Shown piece after piece: positions 56,992-64,000 of a DNA stretch of 64,000 nt. Location of the stretch: contig SMSO01000035.1 of assembly GCA_004764695.1 (NCBI GenBank), positions 2,356,001-2,420,000 on the forward strand. Reading direction: 5' to 3'. The notes below the pieces were generated by a model. The model saw only the letters and a list, made by a program, of their open reading frames with translations, was not told the origin of the DNA and ran no database searches. Both the position numbers and the translations under genes were made by a program. The stretch comes from Schizochytrium sp. TIO01 (Eukaryota > Protista > Bigyra: Labyrinthulomycetes). Every line of letters starts with the position of its first letter. The first letter of the stretch is position 1.

Positions 56992-58056
56992 TTATGAAGA
57001 GTAATAAATAGGGTTACTATAGTCAACAAAACCAAAGCAAGCCTTGGAATTAAGTTTTGGAAAGGCTAGTTCGATGACCTCAGTCTCCAAAGGAGAAGCT
57101 GCAATTCCGCTTGCCCAACCAGAGGGCGAATCTGCATCGGGAAAGTATGATCTTGATCTGGGCGCTGCAACAGCTTGCTGATCAAGGTGGCGATCCTGAG
57201 GAGTTGTGAAAAGAGCAACAAACGGATTGTGACCATGCGCTGCGCGAAGCTCACGAAGGACCTCTGCGGTAAAGCGCTGGCAGCTCATGCGCGGTTCGCC
57301 CTCAAGGCTAGTTGAGGTCGGCCGGGTTGGATCAAGAATGACCGGCATGTTTGGTAGTGCAAGGTCTTGAAAAAGAATACGACGAATCTCAGTGGCTCTG
57401 GCTACAGAGAATCTCGATGAGACATAAAGAAAATGATAACCATTTTGTGCAATTTGGCGAAGAGTCCTGGTGCAGGAGCTACTCTCGCAAACAGTTGTGG
57501 CGGGGATCAGGCACCCATGTTTTCCGCGTTGGACAAAACCATCAAGATTAACCACAACAACACGACTTGCTGCCTCCATGAGGAAGATGCTGGCTTCCAG
57601 TAACTTCATGCCGCCTGCATTTGGCCAAGAGTACGAGATCTCATTTCTGCCGCGTTTGAGGCCTAATTTACGAAGCGCTGCGCCATGAAGCCTTGACGAT
57701 TGACTCATGTCGAGATTTGCCGCGAGTTCGGGTCCTGGCGAAATGACTGCACCTTTCATGCCATCTACCACTGGCCAAGCGCTATCGAACTGGGGACGTC
57801 CATCTCTCACGGAGATCGTTTGGTCCACAATTTTGCCGTTCACTGTGAGTTTCACGCCACTGCTGTGTGCGCCTGGGGAGCAATTTATGCCGCAGGACTG
57901 CCCAAGGTCGGCAAGGAAAGCAGTGGCCTCGAGTTCTTGGTCCTTTTGCAGTACCACCACCACGTCGCCTGCGCCGCTGGCCTCCTCTGACAGCCAGCTC
58001 TTCGCAAGTGCTAAAAGTCGGTTGATAGCTGCTGTCGTTGCATCCACAAGCACCAT
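56992..58056 (-). CDS. Minimal lipin/Pah1-like protein (N-LIP plus LNS2/C-LIP) with degenerate catalytic motif
   Basis: SGAGDVVVV..KD.EL..TAF...G (N-LIP), LRKLGLKRGRNEISYS, ASIFL..ASRVVVVNLDGF (aligns with IYLW..DKVIISDIDGT), IAQNGYHFLYVSSR, NPF, and a C-terminal FP...DYS..Y. Confidence 0.75.
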   Translation of the reverse strand: MVLVDATTAAINRLLALAKSWLSEEASGAGDVVVVLQKDQELEATAFLADLGQSCGINCSPGAHSSGVKLTVNGKIVDQTISVRDGRPQFDSAWPVVDGMKGAVISPGPELAANLDMSQSSRLHGAALRKLGLKRGRNEISYSWPNAGGMKLLEASIFLMEAASRVVVVNLDGFVQRGKHGCLIPATTVCESSSCTRTLRQIAQNGYHFLYVSSRFSVARATEIRRILFQDLALPNMPVILDPTRPTSTSLEGEPRMSCQRFTAEVLRELRAAHGHNPFVALFTTPQDRHLDQQAVAAPRSRSYFPDADSPSGWASGIAASPLETEVIELAFPKLNSKACFGFVDYSNPIYYSS

Positions 58057-58382
58057 CTTGCCTCGACGACAAGTCGCAGTTCGTCTTGCACTTCACGGGT
58101 TCGGGCTCTGCTGCGCTCAATTTGCAGCTTTAGATAATAACAATAGTAAAAGCATTCGCATTGCTATTTTTCTTTTTTCTTTTCTTATCTGAGCTATCGA
58201 ATGAGTGGAAAATACTTTAGAAGTGTCTCAGCGTTTTGATCCACGATTCCTCCTAATCCCTTGGTAGTATCATCTTCATGAGATTTCTCCTGAAATGGTG
58301 CAAACCAAAACTACGCAGTAGGCAAACACGAGTGGAAACCGGCGCACAGCTGAGCGCACAGCGGAAAGCGCACTTGCTTTTG

Positions 58383-58432
58383 CAAACAAACAAACAAACA
58401 AACAAACAAACAAACAAACAAACAAACAAACA
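58383..58432. repeat. (AAAC)n microsatellite
   Basis: Visible directly in the sequence. Confidence 0.9.
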
Positions 58433-58573
58433 ATACCCAACGAGCTTATTTTCATTTTGCAGCAAGTATGTTGCCTTTACAATATTTTTTAATTTTTTTT
58501 TAAAATAAATATATACATCATTGCTAAAGGTGGAACATAAAATAAGAATACTACGCATTAGTATCACGGTATC

Positions 58574-58608
<35 letters not shown>

Positions 58609-59651
58609 GAAAGAAAGAAATTACTTTCTACATTCGCCACGGTATTACGTCTGCGCATTCGCCAAACTAACCACCTCCGTGACCATCACATCACCATCCT
58701 GGTTGAAGCTAGTTCTTCGAGCGAGCAGATGCGCGATGCGTACACATACACCATGGTCAGCCAGGACAGCGGCAGAGGGGAAGAGCCGCAGCCTGAACGT
58801 GCATTGCTGCTACCTACGCATGAACTGAGCGCAAAGCTCATCGCGAAGCCAGAAAAGAAAGACAGGATTTCCTGTCGCTGTGTTTCTTGAAGAAGAAAAA
58901 CAAAACAAAAAAAAAAAAAAAGAAAAGAAAAAGGAAAGAAAAAGGAAAAGGGGAAAAAGCCAACAACTCAACAACTCTAATTCTCTATCTGTTTGTTTAT
59001 TTGTTTATTTGTTTGTTTAGTGTGTGTTTGTTTGTTTGATTGTTTAGTGTGTGTTGTATGTCAAAATTAAGTAATGACTCGAGCGAGCACGTACCCAGGG
59101 CATTGATTCTCTAGCCAGAGCCACAGACAACCAACTCGTGTGGAAAGCCAAGGTCGAAAGCAAGCCGCACCCAACCTAATTTGCACAGGCCATCCGGGAA
59201 AATGCCGGCCCCGCTACGTTGTTGGTTGTGCAGGCCAGAAGCAAGCGCTCTCTGCCACGAATAAGAACTTTCCGCGGCACTGAGAAAGAGCCTATAATGA
59301 TTAATCCTGAATTAATTATTTATTTCAACTATGCGGCGTATTCAACAAAATAGAAATAACAATAAAAATAACAAGATCAATTAAAAACAAGGAATGTATG
59401 TATCTCAAGAAGCTGGGAAAAGCAGAGCGCAATCAATTCGTAAAGCCTTGTTGAAATCGACCCATCTTTCCGCCATCAGAGCAGCCCCTTGTTTACAAGC
59501 AGCCTCGCACACCAGCCAGATACAGCGCAGGCCTGTGGCCAAATACTGTTTCATTCAACCGGCCTCTTGCGCCACCACGTCATAAAGGGCAGACCTTCGC
59601 TTAGTAGCTAGGTAGCGACTACTAGTCGTCGAATTACACTTTAAGAGAAAG

Positions 59652-59764
59652 CAATGCAATGAATGCAATGCAATGCAATGCAATGCAATGCAATGCAATG
59701 CAATGCAATGCAATGCAATGCAATGCAATGCAATGCAATGCAATGCAATGCAATGCAATGCAAT
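59652..59764. repeat. (GCAAT)n pentanucleotide microsatellite
   Basis: About 22 near-perfect copies; it produces the spurious IALHC and MQCNA ORFs. Confidence 0.95.
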
Positions 59765-60019
59765 GGAATGGAGTGCAAAGCCGAGCGCTTTGAAACTTGG
59801 GAAAGGCATGCGGAATCGCCGCGGGTTGACTCGAGCGTTGCCGCAGTCCACTCGCTGTCAGAGCTTGCGTGTGTTTTGCTGCAAGCTAGTGCGGGCATTG
59901 GTGTGCGTTGCAGTACTTATGATGGATGTGGGTGCCTCTGATTGCCACATGCAGAAGAGCGCTGCTGTTCAAAGATCACTACGTAGTCGTTCGTGCAATG
60001 GTTCTTGTAAGTGAAAGAC

Positions 60020-60284
60020 TGAATGAAAGAATGAATGAATCAATCAATCAATCATGAAACAATGAATCAATGAATGAATGAATGAATGAATGAATGAATG
60101 AATGAATGAATGAAAGAATGAAAGAATGAATGAATCAATGAAAGAATGAATTAATCAATGAAAGAATGAATGAATGAATGAATGAATCAATGAATGAATG
60201 AATGAATGAATCAATGAATGAATCAATCAATCAATGAATGAATGAATGAATCAATCAATCAATGAATCAATGAAACAATGAATG
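60020..60284. repeat. Degenerate (TGAA/TCAA)n tetranucleotide microsatellite
   Basis: Visible directly in the sequence. Confidence 0.93.
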
Positions 60285-60798
60285 AGTGTTTGTTACGTTC
60301 TGCGCATACCCATACACAATACACTTTGTCCACGTACTTCGCACTCGGGAATTGATGAGTTGATTGGTGAGAACTATGGCACAGTATTATGTATGTATGA
60401 ATGTATGTATGAATGAAGCAGCAGGAATACTCTCACTGGTCAGCGATAAGTTAACTAACATCTTTTAGCTTAGGCGAAAACTCAGGCCGCCACGGCAATC
60501 AATCTCTCGAGGACAAGTTCGCAGCAGGCGCCTGCATCTTCTCCACACCCTGCTGCTGCCTGCCACACGAGGAGACCGGCCTCCACCTGCTCCTGCTCTT
60601 GAATCTTGAAAGAAGGGAAGAAATGAGGGAAAGAACAATCAATCCCAGCCGACCTTGAAAATACTCGAGTTCTTCTTCTCGCTCCAAAGAGTTTTTCAGA
60701 ATGTAGTAGTAAAACACGACAGGATCCCCTACCTACCGCAAACAATAGCCATGCTTAGCATCCCCTTCGCTGAAATAAACGTTCTAAACAAAACTAAA

Positions 60799-60806
<8 letters not shown>

Positions 60807-60860
<54 letters not shown>
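60807..60860. repeat. (TA)n dinucleotide microsatellite, with a poly-T tract shortly downstream
   Basis: Visible directly in the sequence. Confidence 0.93.
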
Positions 60861-60862
<2 letters not shown>

Positions 60863-63800
60863 GTATACATATATACGTATATCTGTGCACTTTTTTTTTT
60901 TTTTTTTTTCCATCTTCATTTATTACTAAAATAGTAAGAAGAAGAAATGAAAGGCGTCAATATGGTCCACAGCCCAAGATTCTGAAAACAAGCAAAATCC
61001 GCCAAAGAAGCGAAGAAAGCAAACAGCTCAAGTCGATGCAGCGGGATCCCGCCTGAAGCTAGCTCGCTAGCTCGCTCTGCGGTCCCCCCCTCAGCGTCCT
61101 TGCCGCCGGCCTCAGAGGGCTCTGCCTGCGCCGGAGCGGACTGCGTGCGCAATCGTGGCCTTTGGGCGTCTGACGTCAGCCAGCGACGACGTCGCCTGCC
61201 TATTCAAAGAGCAGGCTCCGCGGGACCGTTTCACAGGGACTTCACAGCGGCGCGAAGCTTTCGAAAAAGCGCGAGGGCTGGCGGAAACCGGGCCGCGAAG
61301 CTTCGAGGCGTCGTCAGGGCGCCGCCGGCGACAGCCCGTTCGATGGAGGCCGCGGGGTCTCCGTCTCGAGCTCGAGCTCGAGCTCAATCAAACTTGAAGA
61401 TTTGGAAAGCCCCGCAGAAGTGGCGAGCATCTTGGCGTTTTCAGGGAGCGGTACACACGGTCAGGGGAGACAGTGTGCTGCGGAAAAGGCTGTGGAAACG
61501 GGGGCGGGTTCCCCGAACCCCCCGCAGCGCGTGGAAGAGGTATCGGAAGGAGTGATAACTGAGTTAAGGTTGGCAGCTTGTTTGCGGATCGCTGTTTGCT
61601 GGTGAAAGATCGCGTGCTTCAAGGTGGTGACTGGGTGATGGGACCAGCATGGTCTGCCGCTTGCGCAGAAGCTTGGGGCTCGTATGGCTAGGGAAGGTTA
61701 TAAATAGATATATAATTAGTGGTGAGAGCGCCAAGATTGCCAGGGTTTTTGTTGATTGGAAAAGGTGTTTCTAATGATGAGGGATTAGGAATGAATCACA
61801 ATAGTCAGGAGGTTTTGGAGATGAGCTTTGTGAAGACATTTAGCTGGATGGAAGAAGTAGAGTAAGTAGTATATGCCTGGGATGGGAGGGCGCAACCTTC
61901 CCTTCATTGATGACAAGGGTAAGGTGAAGGCTTGAATGATCGAACGTGTGTTGATACATGGCGATTAGGTACGTTGCTGTGCTGTGCTGTGCTGCTGTGC
62001 TATTGTGCCAATTAGTGATTGCTTTGGCTAGCGTTTTAACCCAAGTTTTAATTGAAAGTTGTAAAGTGATGATCTCTGACTAGTGAGAGTGCTGTCATGC
62101 TGCTGGAGCTACTCAGCGGCTGCTCAGACCGATGGCGAGCATTTACTGAGCAGGTACCTAGGAATGACTCTTCGCGACAAAGTGATGAAAGGGTAACACC
62201 TTAAATTGGGAAAGCGGCATCTTGTTAACCTTGTTAATGACGTAGGCAGCCATTCATGAGTTCTGATTTCACAGACGAAAGCTCTTCGAGTGTTGCCTGG
62301 GAGAATGTACAAAGCCTACGGCGCTGCACGAGTGAAGGACCAATGACGTCATATTGATACAGCATTTGATTCTAATTTTACAACTTGAAGATAACAGGAA
62401 ACAGGCAGAAGCAGACATGGAAGCATATATCCGAGGCACAGGAAGCAGTTTCTCCTCTCAAGTCCTTACGCAAGAGTCTGCGCTCACAGAATTTTAAACT
62501 TATGCTATTTGGCTTCGGCGTTTCCTTGGCGAATTCCTTGGACGCCTTATTTTCGCTCCTGAAACTATTCATCGTACCATCCAATAGAATTGTTAATCGG
62601 ATAATCGTCACCATCACTATTAAATCACAAAAGTCCAATCTAAATGAGCGAGGAAATGTTGTCGTCATACGCACTTCTTGCGCATTCTGTTCCTTAAAAC
62701 TTTGAACAAACATCAGTGGTCCATCACCGCTTGTGCCTACGTACCTACGCAAAACTTCACGGCAGGTAAGTCAGTCTGTCTTAATTTGCATCACTCATTC
62801 CCTCCAATCGATCTAGACCAGCTAGCCAGCCAGCCAGCCAGCCAGCCAGCCAACCAGGCGAATCAAATGAGATAACTATACCTCGTCTTGAGCACCACCC
62901 AAAAGATTCACGACCTGAAACTGTGGTGGGCAAACCAAGGAAAGCACAGTCGAGCAAAGCATCGCTTGATGATGCAGTCGGTTCCTGGTAGCTATAGTCA
63001 GTAGTAGGCACCTGGTACCTACTACTTTCTCTCTAGAGAGACGCTCACAGGAATCGAATGAGTGGTCTCAGACTCGTCTTTGGACGTAGAATCGCTCTCA
63101 CGACGTACCGTGTCATACTTCTCTAAAACTTGGACGAAACTCAAGTCAACACATATCATAAGGTAGTATAGAAAAGCGACAGTAATACTACTGCCCGCGC
63201 AAGTAGCGAGTGATTGTTTTGGCTTGAGTTTTGACCCAACTTGCAGAAAGGTTTTAAACTAATACCTCGACTAATGGGAGTGCTGCTGCGAGTGCCTCTC
63301 TTACCAGCCCTATAAACCCTTCCTTTTACAAACTCAAGTAAAAAAACATAGTACGTATAGGTACAAGAAGTATTGATAATGCATGTGCCAGTCAGTGATA
63401 GTTTTAGCGTACATAACACTGACTCTTCAGTCGGACACTAAGCACCTACTAGCGATCGTCTTCGAGTGGCTTGTTCGGACTAATCTGCGACGTTGGCGGC
63501 GGAGTCGTTGTCATTCGGCGACTATCGAAGAAGCCCGCCGGTCACGCACGTAACTGTCATAATTCTAAGCAGACCTAAGGTTCGTGCAGTAATCACCCTC
63601 AAAAAAACAAAAAAACAAGGCCACATGTGACTAAGCGGCTACCTACCTAGTAGTGCTTGCTTGCTTTCATGCCTCAAGCCTGGTCATGAATGGGCCGAGT
63701 AATAAGTGCGATAGCATGGACTGACCGGTAATTGCTCATACGTAGAGTTTTGTGAAGCAAAATAAGGAATGGACCATGATCCTCTGCTACTATTTTGGGT

Positions 63801-64000
63801 GCTACTAGCTACTAGCTAGCACGGTTAATTCTCCATATCTAATCAGTAGTCAACCGCGACTCCTCATGGTCCTGTTGAGAAACCCGCTTTTCAGGCTCTC
63901 CAAAGAACTCCAGGGAACACACATGCGCGGACTAAGGCCAGCGCCTTCGTTGCGGGGTTTTATCTTATAATGCTGTGCTTGAGGCTGGAGTTGATACACA

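Noticed and set aside
59555-60014. ORFs with IALHC and MQCNA repeats; the regular array could suggest a CRISPR or a metal-binding repeat protein
   Set aside because: Pure (GCAAT)n microsatellite with no spacers and no cas genes, in a eukaryotic context.
62378-62752. Overlapping 106-124 aa ORFs on both strands
   Set aside because: No domain motifs or coding-like composition, and no transposase or reverse transcriptase signatures.

Overview
Eukaryotic genomic DNA, gene-dense and intron-poor. Most genes are single long exons; the few introns are short (about 80 nt) GT-AG introns, and the intergenic DNA is rich in microsatellites. Gene content and style suggest a non-photosynthetic, flagellated stramenopile such as a thraustochytrid/labyrinthulomycete, but this is inference only. 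Genes, left to right: a truncated acidic ORF running off the left edge; a bacterial-type RecD2 (SF1B) helicase with an organelle-like presequence; XPD/ERCC2; DSS1/SEM1; a 2315-aa multidomain protein (Cys motifs, pseudo-receiver, pseudo-alpha/beta-hydrolase, IQ repeats, coiled coil, SAM, ankyrin) head-to-head with a kinesin-2; a plant GLB3-like truncated haemoglobin; a Cys-dependent GST (1-bp frameshift); a two-exon ATX1 copper chaperone and a three-exon Arf-like GTPase, both missed or fragmented by the ORF track; RNF10/Mag2; a small hyperacidic protein with an ANP32E-like H2A.Z-binding motif and NLS; an amidase/FAAH convergent with an SDP1/TGL-type TAG lipase (1-bp frameshift); two tandem paralogous membrane proteins with internal duplication; a 1251-aa EF-hand protein; and a minimal lipin lacking the DxDxT motif. 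The regions 32.4-39.2 kb, 44.3-46.9 kb and 58.1-64 kb look non-coding and microsatellite-rich. The best candidates for undescribed biology are the double-pseudoenzyme signalling scaffold, the organelle-targeted RecD2, the stand-alone H2A.Z-chaperone-like peptide, the pseudo-lipin and the duplicated membrane-protein pair. All family assignments come from motifs recognised by eye; no searches were run.
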